Shown here piece after piece: positions 47,635 through 61,651 of a DNA stretch of 64,000 nt. Where the stretch lies: assembly GCF_009914755.1 (NCBI RefSeq), contig NC_060926.1; one strand, written 5' to 3'. The position numbers were made by a program, and so were the translations under genes. The stretch's first letter is position 1. Each line of letters opens with the position of its first letter. Under the pieces are notes generated by a model. It did not search any database, had not been told where the DNA came from, and saw only the letters and a program-made list of their open reading frames with translations. This DNA is from the human T2T-CHM13v2.0 reference genome, Homo sapiens.

Positions 47635-48002
47635 TTTATTTATTATTTTACTTTAAGTTCTGGGATACATGTGCAGAACGTGCAGGTTTACATGTATACG
47701 TAGGTACACACGTGGCATGTTGGTTTGCTGCACCTTTCAACCCATCATCTAAGTTTTAAGCCCCACATGCATTAGGTATTTGTCCTAATGTTCTCCCTCC
47801 CCTTACCCCACCCACCTACAGGCCCAAGTGTATGATGTTCCCCTCCCTATATCCATGTGTTCTCATTCTTCAACTCCCACTTATGAGTGAGAGAACGTGT
47901 GGTGTTTCTTTTCTGTTCCTGTGTTAGTTTGCTGAGAATGGTGGCTTCCAGCTTCATCCATGTCCCTGCGAAGGACATGAACTCATTCTTTTTTATGGCT
48001 GC
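47635..48002 (-). mobile_element. L1PA 3' fragment
   Basis: L1PA 3'UTR; TSD aaggtctgtcc at 47319 and 48003. Confidence 0.93.
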
Positions 48003-48319
48003 AAGGTCTGTCCGTTTTTACAAAAATTAATAACAAATTAAAAGTTAATGAAGCAGTGGTATGTTGAATTAAGTGATTCAAAAAAACTTAGCTTTTAGCT
48101 CTACTTGTTAATATATTCTTAAAAATAACTATATAATGACTGCTAACCTGTTTGCTTCGCAGGTGATAGAGAAAATCATTGAAAAAATTTGAAAGTGTTT
48201 TTTAAAAACAATGTATTAATATCACCACATATACATCTTAATACTTATTCTTTATCATCATCATGAGTAAATGAACGCAGCCTTTATAGTATACTTTTTG
48301 AGTTTTGGAAATACCTTAT

Positions 48320-49205
48320 TTTTTATAATAGAGTTTATTTTTTAGAGCAGTTTTAGGTGTACAGCAAAATTGAGAGGAAGGTGCAGAGATTTCTCATATA
48401 CCCCTTCCCCTACACAGGCATAGCCTCCCTCTTTATCAACATCCCCCTACCTCCCCAGAGTGCTACATTGGTTATAACTGATGAACCTACATTGACACAT
48501 CGTTATCACCCAGAGTCCATAGTTTACATTAGGGTTCACTCTTAGTACTGTACCCTCCGCAGGTTTTAACAAATATATGATGACATGTATCTACCGTTAT
48601 AATACATACAGAATAGCTTTATTGCCCTAAAAGTCCTTTTGTGCTCTGCCTATTCATCCTCCTCTGTGCTCTAACCTCTGGCAACCATGGATCCTTTTAC
48701 CATCTCCATAGCTTTGCCTTTTCCAATATGTCATATAGTTGGAATCATACAGTACATAGCATTTTCAGACTGTCTCCTTTCACTTTGTAATATGCATTTA
48801 AGTTTCCTTCATGTCTTGTCATGGCTTGATGGCTCATTTCTTTTCAACACTGACTCATTTTCCATTGTCTGGATGTACCACAGTTTATATATCCATTACT
48901 TTGTTGAAAGATATGTTGATTGCTTCCAGCTTTTGGCAATTATGAATCAAACTGCTATGGACATGCATGTACAGGTGTTTTTGTAGACATATTTTCAACT
49001 CTTTTGGGTAAATACCAAGCACTGTGGTTGCTGGATCATATATTTGGAGTATGTTTAGTTTTATATGACACTGTCAAACTTCCGTAGTGGCTGTACCATT
49101 TTGCATTCCCACCAGCAATGAATGAGAGTTGCTCCACATCCTTGCAAGCATTGGGTGGTGTTAGTGTTTTGGGTTTTGGGCATTCTTACTGGTGTGTAGT
49201 GTGTG
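48320..49205 (-). mobile_element. L1MA/L1MB 3' fragment
   Basis: tttagagcagttttaggtgtacagcaaaattgag... and gcattcccaccagcaatgaatgagagtt. Confidence 0.85.
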
Positions 49206-49405
49206 TACTATATGTTTTTGAAGAAAAGTTACATGATAAAAATTTTGTTTGCTAGCGTGATAGGTTGGTGTTTCCAGAAAAACTCACCGGAAACTTTTCA
49301 TGTGAGGTTTAGAAGTAAAATAGTTCCAGGAAAAAGTTGGCATTCGGCTCTGATTAACTAGAATATGAGTAGTAATGCTTGTCTTTTTTATGTTTGTTTT
49401 GACAG

Positions 49406-49464
49406 GTTTTGACACAAGGGCGCATATCTTCAAAGCACCTAGTACCTCCTACCATTGTCAACTG
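49406..49464 (+). other. ACSL3: ACSL3 exon 2 (59 nt, 5'UTR)
   Basis: Acceptor tttatgtttgttttgacag|G and donor CTG|gtaaaa; matches the recalled mRNA leader. Confidence 0.9.
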
Positions 49465-52209
49465 GTAAAATATTTAATTTTTTATTACAATAGATTTCTT
49501 TTATTTGTTATAAAATAAATATTAAGTTAAAACCAATTATGGCTAAATTGACCAAAAAATTGTAATTCTCATTTTATGATTATATATGGAAGATAGTTTT
49601 ATATTTACTTTAATTCTGTATAAATCAATTGGGACATTAAACCATGTCATTGAGCAGTATTGTCTATCTTCCTTTCCTTAACTTGAATTTCACTAAGTAT
49701 CTGCAAGGGATTTGAACTCAGTGGCCTCTTTATTTTGGATAGTTTAGCATGAATTAGACCATTTTAATATGTGATGGTCATTTAAAATTTGTATGAATGT
49801 TACTGTAAATTTCTAACTGGACATTTTAGTAGAGATTGTAGTTTCAAGGGCTTTTTGTCAACCCATAGAAGGTTCTGCATGGTTATTACAGTTGTCATGG
49901 GGCATAAGAAATATAGCACAATTTTATTCTTTCTGTGTCATCTGAAGTGAATTAGAGTTTATGAAATTTTAGGGCAAAAATTTAAGGACGAAGGTTTTTA
50001 GCGTTCTGTGAAATGAAAAAATTGAGTAGGACTGCTGTAGGGAATAGTCTATGTTGGTAAAGTGCTTTGATGATGACGTAAAGGCAGTAAGCATTTTATC
50101 CATTAGAATCATGATAGTTGACATCCTTCTTTTCAGAATCTCATTTCGAAGTCTTTTTTCATATCAGTTGAATTTATTAATCTTAACATTTTTAACTGAT
50201 TTTAAAAGGAAATCACACAAGTAATATGTTTATTATTAAAAACTGTAAGCAATGTAGGAGCATCTAAGTAAACAGGAAACTCCTATGTTACCCTGGTTCT
50301 TTTGCTAGGGATTATCCCTTATTTTCATAGAGTGTATCTTTCCAGACGCTTTGTTTGCGACGCTTTGTTTGCGTATCCAAGATTGCCATCTTTTAATGAA
50401 GTAGATGTGATGGAAAAAGGAATATACTTTGTCCACTTTAATAGTACGCCTCACTTTGTTTTAGACATGTCTGTGCCTGCGTCTCTTTGAGGGATATACG
50501 TGATCAAATTAAGAGTGCTTTTGAAGTGACTAGGTAAACCCATTGTAACACAGTACTCCTCTACAAATTTCTTTTAGTAGTTAATGGGTTATGGGAACTC
50601 CAAACTTTGAATTCTTAGCTAAGAATGCATCAAGAGAGTTTAGCAGATTTACAATAAAATTGAAATTGCAAAGATAATTATGACATATTAAATGATAGAT
50701 TTTAAATAGGTAGACATTTATAGAAATGACTGTAATTACTGTTGAGGATCAGCTAGGTTTGCGTAGGTGAAGAAGTGGTTTTGGAGCTTCAGTGCATTTA
50801 TGTGTGCTCAGTAGGGTACTTAGGATATTTGAGGAGGGAAAAGGCCGTCAGAAACTGATGTGGGAGGGTGGTGCACAGGAAGAAGTACTATGGTACAGTG
50901 ACAAAGATAACTTTGTCATAATTTTGCCTAAAAAGAGAAATAAGACTCGTAGTCATGTTATATAGGTTAACTGTGCGATGAAGTAAAGGGAATGTCATGA
51001 ACTACTTGGGAAACCCAGTGTCTTGAATCCCGAAACTTAGAACTCAACCTTTTCACGTTTGGGAATTGCTTATGTTCAGAAGTCCCATGATTTAAGAGAT
51101 AATGTAAAAATGGAAGTTAATTCACATTTGTACGTGTCCTTTGTGTGATTGTCGGATTGAAACATTTTAAACTTCTTAAGAAATGTAGCGAAGCAAATTT
51201 GGATTTGTATGTGAAAGTGACCTAGATGAGAAGTATGGAAGGAGACGGAGACAGCAGCAAGTTTGCTCCTCCCTTGGTTTCAGAGGAAAATGGTTTTTAA
51301 GAGCTGGGCCAGATGTTTCTCATAGCTACTTAAGGTGGATTCCTTTTTTCTGTGTCTTCTGTTTTTAAGTGTAATCTGGTTTTTGAGCACTTGCAGAAAA
51401 GCTGCAGAGGCCAGGGAATGACACAGCAGAGAATGGAGGTGAGAGGGAAGACAACTGGTGATCTTAGTTGCTTTGATTTTGAAATATGTTGTTCAGGAAT
51501 AGCTTTTCTTAGTGGTAAAATAATTGGGAATTTGTAGGAAGAAGAAAATATGTTGTAAAGAATTTAAAGATAAAAAAGCAAGTAATATTTGAATACAACA
51601 CAAGACTATTGACTAAAGGAAGTAATCGGATGTTTAAACCTTATTTTTAGCTACTTAACCTTTACATAGTACAAATGAAGACAATATGTTAATTGTGATG
51701 CAGGTTATTTATTCTGTATATTTCCACAACATACTTTTAAGTTCTAATTATATGTTATTTTCCTTTTCTTAACTTTGTTTTTTTAGCTGGTCCATGCAGA
51801 CTACAGATAAGAAACTGGGCTTTTGGGGGTGGGAAGGGGAGTGGAGGAAGAGAAAAGGAAACATCTAAGTAATCTTACTGAATGATATATAAATCGTTGA
51901 AATTAAAGAAAATATATTCTGGGTAGACTTAGCTTGCAAAATTATTTTAAGCTATTGTACCTCTTATAAATGGAATAAGCATTTTAAAATCATCTTGAAA
52001 ATCTTCAGAACCTTTAATTCTTTTACATTCTCAAAGGTTAAACATAACCGGAAGAGCTGTCTTCTCTCAAATATGCATACTTTGTTCATTAGATTTACTT
52101 TTGCTAACTTTTTTTTTGTATGTTTGGAACTGTTATATTTTTCCTCTGGCCTTTGAATTTTCTTTAATTTTATTTTTTATTTCACCCTGGGGGAAAGAGA
52201 GGTGGGTAG

Positions 52210-52518
<309 letters not shown>

Positions 52519-55229
52519 GAAAAGAGGTATATTTAAAAGTGAATTTGTTACTTCAACTAACACAACCTTCACTTAAAAATTAGGCTGTCTGTTCACTCTC
52601 CTTAGTACAGGTTCATGTAATGCCAAATGTAGTACGTAGCTGGATTGAGTTGGAATTATGAAGATCCTCAAATATTCATGAGCCAGGTTGATGTCATTAA
52701 GTAATCCAATAGTTCATGTTCTCCTGAAATACTTATATAGCTGGCTTTCTCATTAATCATTTTGTAGGAAATGATTGGAATAAATAAGGAGTAGTACTGA
52801 AAAGAGTAAAGAATCCTATTCAGTATTGTCTTAATCAGTTTTGGGAACCCTAGGCATCAGTAGAATATAGTCTTAAAATCGATCTAGTTGAACTGCATCA
52901 ATATTAATGGTGAACAAATTAAGATTTAGTGACCTGCTCAAGATCTCTTAGTAATTGGCAGCAGAGCTCAGTCTAGTCTAGTGTATGTGTTTATGCACAT
53001 ATGCATGTGTGTATATGTATTTAAAATCCCTGTTGTGTATCTAACTGAAAAAGATATATATTCCTTTGCCTGATTTCTGTTTCCTGTTGATTTTTATCTA
53101 GAAGAGGGATAAAAGCTGTTTTTTAAAGAAATAGTGGGTCTTGATCAGTTTTGGGGAAATTGAGGGGACTGTATTTATAGTTTAGGGAGAGTACTCAAGA
53201 GTCCTACTGTTATTTCCGCTATCATACTAATAGGACTGAAACAATTTTAAAATTACACTGGATAACTGAAACTTAAAAAGTTGGCTTTGTTAAACTGCTT
53301 TTTCATGTAGATATATTCATGGGAAAGACTTGCTATAATAAATGTTCCTCCCTCTCTCCTTTCCAATGTTTATCTTTAATGCCAACATTTCATTTTCTGA
53401 GGTTAAAATAAATATAGGCTTTATAGTTTTCTTAAAAATAAAATACCAAATTATTATTTCCTCATAAAACTTCCTAGTTGTAAAGTGGAACTTTTTATCT
53501 AATCCAGATAGTAATATGACTAAACCTTCTAATAATGTTTTTAATTGATTTCCTGTCCAGAATCTTTTCGACAATTTTATTTTTGTATTAAGGAGGTTCT
53601 TGCATGGATTAATGATCTCGATTTCAGCCCTGTAGTCATTGCGATGTCATACATTGCAACTGTGTGGGCATAGTTGAAATCTTTGAAGTTGTTGAAAGAT
53701 TGTGTTAGTATTTGAGGATTTGGAGAGGAAAAATTCTTTGTCTTTACTAAATACATAAGAACCACTGTATTACACATAATAAGTTAGTCTGTGTGTTGTT
53801 GATATTTGTAAGAATTTAGAACAACTGTCCTACTTTTAGGTCTGCTTTTTTTCGGGAGGGAGGCAGCAGGATATATAGTAAGTAAATGTTTTAAAACCAT
53901 TCTCTTGAACTAGGTATCTAGGTATGTATTTTTATTATGTGTTTAGCTTTGGATGCCTGAGAAGCAAACATGTTTGTGAGAACCAGGGTGCCCCTCTAAA
54001 AAAGAAACTCTTTCCCGATAGTAAATAATAGTCTCTGGTTGCACTTTCCATTATAACTGAGAGATTAATTCTGGGTAGGAAATAGTTCTTTCTGCCCTTC
54101 TTGACCCTGGTTTCCTATTTCATAATACATGATTTGCGTCATTCATCTGGGACTCTTAAGTCTCTGTAGAGTGTGTATGACTGTCACCTAACTTTTGTGG
54201 AAAGGAGACTCTCAAAAGTAGTGTATTAAAGGATACTTTTTTCTCCCCAACAATAAGGTATTAACTATAGAATTTATTAAGAGAGTATAGGGTCATTAAA
54301 AAGTTTGGACATGCCTTGGAGAGACATGTAGGTTAATATCCTACCTTACCTGCTAGCTGTAAGTGCCTTTGGGGACAATCTATTTGAAATTGGGTTTTGT
54401 GAGAATTAAATGAGATAACATAAAAAGTTCCCTTCACTGTGCTTGTTTGCCTGCACTCAGAATTGTTTCCCATTTATTGCAAGCTTGGTGAAAAATTCCA
54501 GCCACATTTCATACTAGCAAATACGGATTCCTTGATATCCAGCATTGTGCAAGCCACTCATTTATACTTCATTAGAGATAAAATGCTAAGCCATATTATT
54601 ATTATTGTTATTTGCAGATATGAACAGTTGTATAGTATTGGTGCCTGAGTGTGGTAGGCTGAAAGAAAAATACAGAGGAGGAAATCAGATTGAGTGGTGG
54701 GCAGGATTAACTGAGAAGTAAATTGTGGCATATCAAGATGCACCGTCTGCAGTATTTTCTCCTTTTCTGTCCTCTCTTCCCCCTGTCCTCATCCTCTGCT
54801 GCCTTTGACTTTGTGGGAGCATTTCTAAGTGTTGGGGCTCTCTGCCTGCTCTGCAAGTTGAGTTTTCAGATTCCTTTTCATGATGGTGGTGGATGTGAGG
54901 GGCATAAAATGTCTGCTTGCTCTGTTAGTAGGGTGTGAATATAATACCATTGTTGACTTCTTCCCTCCTTAGACAGTGTACATGTCTTAGATTCTGAGAG
55001 TGACTCCTGTTTTCTTTGTTCAGTCCATGAGTTTTGTGGAGGTTAATTTCACAGGTCTGCCAATTTTGGGTTGAGTTACCATGTTGTATCTCTCTTGCGC
55101 CTAAGAGATTCTTGAAACCCCAGATCTAAGCAGGTAGAACCATTTGATACGTTAGTCTGAAAGTGATCCCTGTGGCAACCTACTTTTTTCCTGTTTTTCT
55201 CTTAGGAAAACACGTCATCTCTGATAGAA

Positions 55230-55568
55230 GATTTTCTTCCTTCTCTTTTCTTTTCTCTTTTTCTTCCTTCTCTCTTCTCTTCTTTTCTCTCCTCTCCCTT
55301 CCCCCGCTTTCCGCCTCCTTTCCCTCTCCTTCCCTTCCCACCTCTCCCCATCCCTCCTCTGCCTCTTCTCACCTCACAGGGTTGTTTTTTCTCACAGGGT
55401 TTCTTTCTTTCTGACTTTGTCTTTTCACAAAGTCTTGCTCTGTTGCTCAGGCTGGAGTGCTTTGGTGTGATCACAGCACACCACAACCTCAACCTCTGGG
55501 CTGGAGAGATCCTCCCACCTCAGCCTCCATTGTAGCTGGGACTACAGTCATGAGCCACCGCTCCCGGC
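55230..55568 (-). mobile_element. FRAM/AluJ monomer (55416-55568) preceded by a CT-rich low-complexity tract
   Basis: Right-arm monomer; polypyrimidine tract at 55230-55375. Confidence 0.8.
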
Positions 55569-57656
55569 AAGAAGCTTTCATATGAGCATTTGTAGCAATT
55601 TTTGTTTTGAAAAATTGGGAGTTGTTACAGGGCATTTGACTATGATATTAATAATATTATTTAATAGCAATTTTTAACATAAAATTTTATTTTAACATCC
55701 ACTTCATACCTTTTGGAAGTATATCATTTGAAAGTGATTTCCTGGCTGATGGTTAAGCTCCGTTACTTTACTTACATTTGTTTCATAACACAAGATCTGA
55801 ATAACACAAAATCCTGTCTGGTCTCCTTTTCCTTCAGTCTTTCCAAGTCACCTGTGTTCTTCCTCTCAAATAATAGAGGTCATACAGAGAAGAGATCTTC
55901 CTTGTGCTTGATCATTCTGATTTAAAACAATTGCTAATTAAAATATAAGATGTAAATAACTCTTTGATCTAATGCAACTGACCATTGGCATAGAACATTT
56001 TAAAAAACACATTTCAAGTGTTTGAACCTAGCTATTTATCACACAATTTTATATTTCAAGATTTTGTTTGCTCATCTTTATTGTATAAGTAGTAATAGGT
56101 CATTTTCTTTTAATGCTGTTAAACTTAATTCATCTTGTTATTTTAATTAGCAGTTGTGAGAGTTTAGTGAAGTTGGGAGTTGTTAAATTCTTCATGGTGA
56201 AAGATTAATGGACTTAGACCTGCATTTAAATATTCAGGGATAATTTCTTAAAAACCTTGACTTGCCTATATCTTTTTCTGTAGTCAGGCATGAAGCCAGG
56301 CATGCCCGTGTATACATTCTTCTCAGTTGGCAAGGTATCATAGAAGTTCTTCTAGGTCAATGCATGTACATGTAGCTTACTTTTAATGGCTGCATAATAG
56401 TCTGTTCAATGGGTATATATGTTTTTCAGGCATTCTTTGATTAATGAATCTTTAGATCATTTTCTATTTTTGGTTTTTTGCCACTGAAACAGTACTGCCA
56501 TGTCTCCCAGGTGTGTGTGTGTGTGTGTCCAAGTTTTATGTTCAGACTATATTACTACTAGTTGCAGTTAACTACTCATCCCCAAATCTGTAAATATGTC
56601 TTCCTGTGACCCTGACACTACTCTGTCGTGATTCTTAGTGATTTCAATATCGTTCTAACACTGTGGTCTTATTATTTCATACTCCAGCCTGCCTTTGCTA
56701 TTCCTTTTCCATGACCATTCATTCTGCCACTCTCCTAGATGACTATTTTATACTTTCTCCTTAATTTTCTAATACCTTCCTTTCTGCCTCCCTCACATCC
56801 AATGATTTTGCTTATTACTCTGAGAAAATAGAAGCACCCAGAAGAAAATCTTCTGCAAGCTCCTATTCCTGCACATCTGTGTCCCTGTTTCTCCCACCCT
56901 CTCTCCTCCTCCAGAGGTGTGGCTCTCTTCTGCATAATACTTTCCTCTGCTGGTTCATAGCTATCAGTCTGCAGACAAGCTCTACTATTTATGTTAAAAA
57001 CAAAAGAACCTCTTTTGTCCTGGCCTGTTACCATTACTTTGTTCTTTAGAGCTCTTTCTACTTACTGTCTTTCTGCCCTTTCTTGAACCCTCTTCATTTG
57101 AGCTTTGGTCCTTAACACTTAAGCTCTTTTCAAGTTTAAGGTCAGTGGAGACCTTCACATTATCAAAACCAGTGTTTAACTCTCAGGCTTCCTCTTTTAT
57201 TTCCTCTTTTTTGGCTTCCCTGTTCATACTCTGTGCCCATTTTCCTTGTGTTGCTTGACTTTTATTTTAATTTATAGGCGCTCTTTGTATATTTTGTCAG
57301 CATTTTTTCCTGGACACTTGTTTTCCTTTTGATTCTTTTAAAGTTGTGTTTCGTCATACAGAAATGTTAACTCCTCTGGATTTTGTAGGAAAATAACTCT
57401 ATAAGAATCAATGAGAATTTTGAAAAATGTGGGTAGTGAAGGTCTTACCAGATATTTAAAGCAGAAGTTCTCAAGCATTAGTGTACAAAAACCTGCATGG
57501 TTGCATTTTAAAAATGAATCTGTCACAGGAGTTTTCAATTTTTAGGTATTGGGGCAGTAAGGAACATAGGGAGGCATATCTGAGGAATCTTCATTTTAAA
57601 TGACCTCTAAGGTAATTCTGATATGATTGGTCCATGGGCCACATTTAAGAAACATT

Positions 57657-57963
<307 letters not shown>

Positions 57964-58365
57964 TTATATTTGGTATAAAGGGGTATTAGCAAAGTAGTAG
58001 GCAAATACATGGCAGGAACAGAATGGTGTTTAGAAACACATTCAAGTGTGAATGAGAAATTATTAATGAAGAGGACATTTTGTCTATTTGAGAAAAGAGT
58101 GGTTTATTTAAAAATGCTTTAGGCAGTTTATCTGAGAGGAAAGAATTTAGCTTTCACCGTCATACGATATAGAAAAATAAACACTGTTGAATTAAAGATC
58201 TAGATGTAAAAATTAGGTAAACACTGGAAAAAATACAGGAGACCGATAGTTTAACCTTTGGATAGCTGAGGCCTTTTAAAACTAGATTGGAAACCTAGAA
58301 GCTGTGAAAGAAAAATTGACAGATTTAGCTGTTCAAGTTTACTTTTACTTTTGAAAGATAATGTT

Positions 58366-58586
58366 CTAACACGGTGAAATCCCATCTCTACTAAAAAATA
58401 CAAAAATTAGCTGGGCGTGGTGGCAGGCGACTGTCGTCCCAGCTACTCAGGAGGCTGAGGCAGGAGAATCGCTTGAACCTGGGAGGCAGAGCTTGCAGTG
58501 AGCCGAGATCGCATCACTGCTCTCCAGCCAGGCAATGGACGGGACTCTCTCTCAAAAAAGAATAAAAAAATAAATAAATAAAAAGA
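58366..58586 (+). mobile_element. 5'-truncated Alu
   Basis: TSD gaaagataatgtt (58353-58365 / 58587-58599). Confidence 0.93.
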
Positions 58587-58595
58587 GAAAGATAA

Positions 58596-59120
58596 TGTTA
58601 CAGGACAGGGGTCCTGATCTAAACCTGAAGGGAAGGTTCTCGGATCTTGCGCAAGAAAGAATTCAGGGCGAGTCCATAGTGCAAAATAGAGGCAAGTTTA
58701 TTAAGAACATAAAGTGGCGCAAGAATAGCTACTCCATAGACAGAGTAGGATGCTCCTGAAAGTAAGAGGAGGAACGCGCCCACCCTGGGTACAGTGCTGG
58801 TATACATGGGAAGATGTGCTCTGCTACAGGGTTTGTGATAAAGGAATAATTTTCTTAATTACTATATTAAGATAACATTGCAAAAATCAATGTTATCTTT
58901 AAAGCAAAATTAGGAATGCCTTTGTTCTCCAGATATCGGGATATCTGGACACTCCCAAGTCTGGATCTGTTTTTTAAACATTATTAATTTGTTCCCTTAA
59001 CTGGAAACACCCGGAGGCTCGGAATGCCTAATTTTCTGGGAATGCAGCCCAGCAAGTCCCAGCCTCATTTTCCTAGCCCTCACCAAAGACGGAGTCGCTC
59101 TGGTTCAAACGCCTCTGACA
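58596..59120 (-). mobile_element. MER41-family solo LTR (C/D/E-like, not MER41B)
   Basis: Minus strand runs TGTCAGAGGCGTTTGAACCAGAGCGACTCC ... CCTGTAACA. Confidence 0.88.
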
Positions 59121-59751
59121 GTAATACTCATTCTAAGGTGTAGCAACATAAAGTATCTATGACTAGTTCTAAAGATTTTTTAGAGCCACCTAGCAAATAA
59201 GATGCGGTTGTCCAAATTTGTTACTTTACTTAATTTATCTAGAACATTTTAGAAAAATTAAATGGCTTAATTGAATGTGGCTGGTATCACTAGGCTGCAT
59301 TTGACGCCCTTGACTTGCTCTGTGGCTCTCCCCTCCCTTGGCTTTTGCAACACTGTCCTCTCCATTTTCTTATTGGTTTCCTCAGTGGTACTTTCTCCTT
59401 CTCGGCCCCATGGATTGGTTTCTTTTCAAAGTTTTCTGTCCTTGAGCTTGATCTTGTAGATTTCCTATGTGTTCTGTTTGGGCATTCTCATCCTTCTCTT
59501 TATGGCTCCAAAATGTGTGCCTCTAGCTCTGGCCTCTCTGAAGTTTCACAGTTTGTGTATATTTGGATGACTCACAGGAATCTTAAACCCGTATTTTCAA
59601 GACTGTATTTATTTTCTTTCTACCAACCATCCAACCACTGACCACCTATTTTACTTCTTGTATTTCTGTCTTGGTGGAAGGCACCAAGATCATTTTCTCT
59701 CCTTGTATTGTTACAGCTCTAATTCATGACTTAATTCTATATTGTATTCAG

Positions 59752-59858
59752 ATACAGAATTCGTTGTTGGGAAGGACTGGGGAAACAGCTGTAACATTTG
59801 CCACCCTCAGAAGCTGCTGGTCCTGTGTCACACCACCTTAGCCTCTTGATTGAGGAAG
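59752..59858 (+). other. ACSL3: ACSL3 exon 3 (107 nt, 5'UTR)
   Basis: Acceptor attgtattcag|A and donor AAG|gtaaag; matches the recalled mRNA leader. Confidence 0.88.
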
Positions 59859-60282
59859 GTAAAGAATTACTTTCACTGATTTTTATCTAATTTCTTTGCC
59901 TTTTGTTTCTGCTGCCTTCACATTGTCTTCTACAGATAGTTATTTTCTAAACCTGCATTTGTGTACATTAGAATGCAAACTAAGTTCTTTTCAAAGGGCA
60001 CAACAGTTCAACTTCGTCTCCTCCCGGCCCTGCTCTTCTGGTTTATTTTTTGTTGCTTGAACAAAAGACAAACTTTTTGGTGCTTGGTCAATCTGTGTGG
60101 TGCCATAACTTCTAAAGCTCCATCCCTACTCCCACTCCCCTACACCATCTTCACTTGTCCTCAGCCTTTTAAGATCACAAAAAATTGCCATTTGATCCAA
60201 GAAGATTTCTCAGAAAATGCCAGAACTAGTCTCTACCTTTTACTGTACTCTTCCTGAAGCACCATTAACACTTGATTGATAC

Positions 60283-60680
60283 TTACCTTTAGGTTATATG
60301 ATCAATTTGAGTTAACTTTTTGTATGGTGTAAGGAAGGGTTACAACTTTTGCTTGTTAGTTATTTCAGTACCATTTGTTGAAAAGACTGTTCTTTCCCCA
60401 TTAAATTTTCTCACCACCCCATTGAAATTCAGTTGTCCATAATATAAGGATTTATTTCTGGATTCTTAAATTGACTCCATTGATCTGTCTGTCTGTCCTT
60501 TTGCCAGTACCACACCATCTTAATTACTTTTCCTTTATAGTAAATTTTAAAATTAAGACATATAAGTCATCCAAGTTTGTTCTTCTTTTTCAAGATTGTT
60601 TGGCTGTTCTGGGTGCTTTTAATATCCATGTGAATTTTAAAGTCAGCTTACTTATTTCTGTCTAAAAGCCAGCTTTTATA
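60283..60680 (-). mobile_element. L1M fragment
   Basis: ccatttgttgaaaagactgttctttcccc ... tttgttcttctttttcaagattgttttggct. Confidence 0.85.
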
Positions 60681-60745
60681 CAGCTGAGATCTTTTTTAAG
60701 CTAACCTTAGATTTAATGAACTAGTTATTTAGGTCCAAAAGAAAA

Positions 60746-61050
60746 GGCTGGGCATGGTGGCCCACGCCTGTAATCCCAGCACTTTGGGAGGCCAAGGTGG
60801 GCGGATCACAAGGTCAAGAGATCGAGACCATCCTGGCCAACATGGTGAAACCCCATCTTTACTAAAAATACAAAAATTAGCTGGGCGTGATGGAGCACGC
60901 CTGTAGTCTCAGCTACTCGGGAGGCTGAGGCAGGAGAATCACTTGAACCCGGAGGCGAAGGTTGTAGTGAGCCGAGATCGCGCCACTGCACTCCAGCCTG
61001 GGTGACAGAGTGAGACTCGGTCTCAAAAAAAAAAAAAAAAAAAAAAAAAA
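60746..61050 (+). mobile_element. Alu (AluSc-like)
   Basis: Full length with long A tail. Confidence 0.95.
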
Positions 61051-61651
61051 TGGAACTCAAATATTGTTGAGGTAGCAAATATTCTATCATCTGAAACCTC
61101 AGTGGTAAACACAATACCCAAATTTAACATATTTTTGTTACTTGTTAAATACATGCGTGTAAATATATTCACTTAAGTAAACTAAGTGGACAAAATTAGG
61201 TAAGTCTTTTTTCATATCCAACTTATTTAACTTGATACACTTTCCAGCTTTCAACATAATTGCAAATTTTTATAATCTTGTAAGATAATGTTATGTAATT
61301 CAACTTGTCAGTATTATTCTAGTGCTATTAGCTATATTAATTACATAAAGACATTGGTGTAAGGGGACTCAAAAATTCATAGGTTTGGGTAGAAAATGAG
61401 AACTAGACAGTGATTTCATCACTATAAATTTAGTTGTTACTTAGCGTCCCCTGAGGCTAATGTATGGCAGATCCCTGTAGCCATAAATTGCATTCTGGGC
61501 TTTAAGGGATTAAAATATAATTCAAATCCTTCAATAAAATCATACCATTCACACCATTACCTTTGAAAATAAATACTTGGAATTCTAGTACATACCTTAG
61601 ATCTTGTTTGTACATGCCATTCAATTTATTATAATGCTTTAAAAAAGATAT

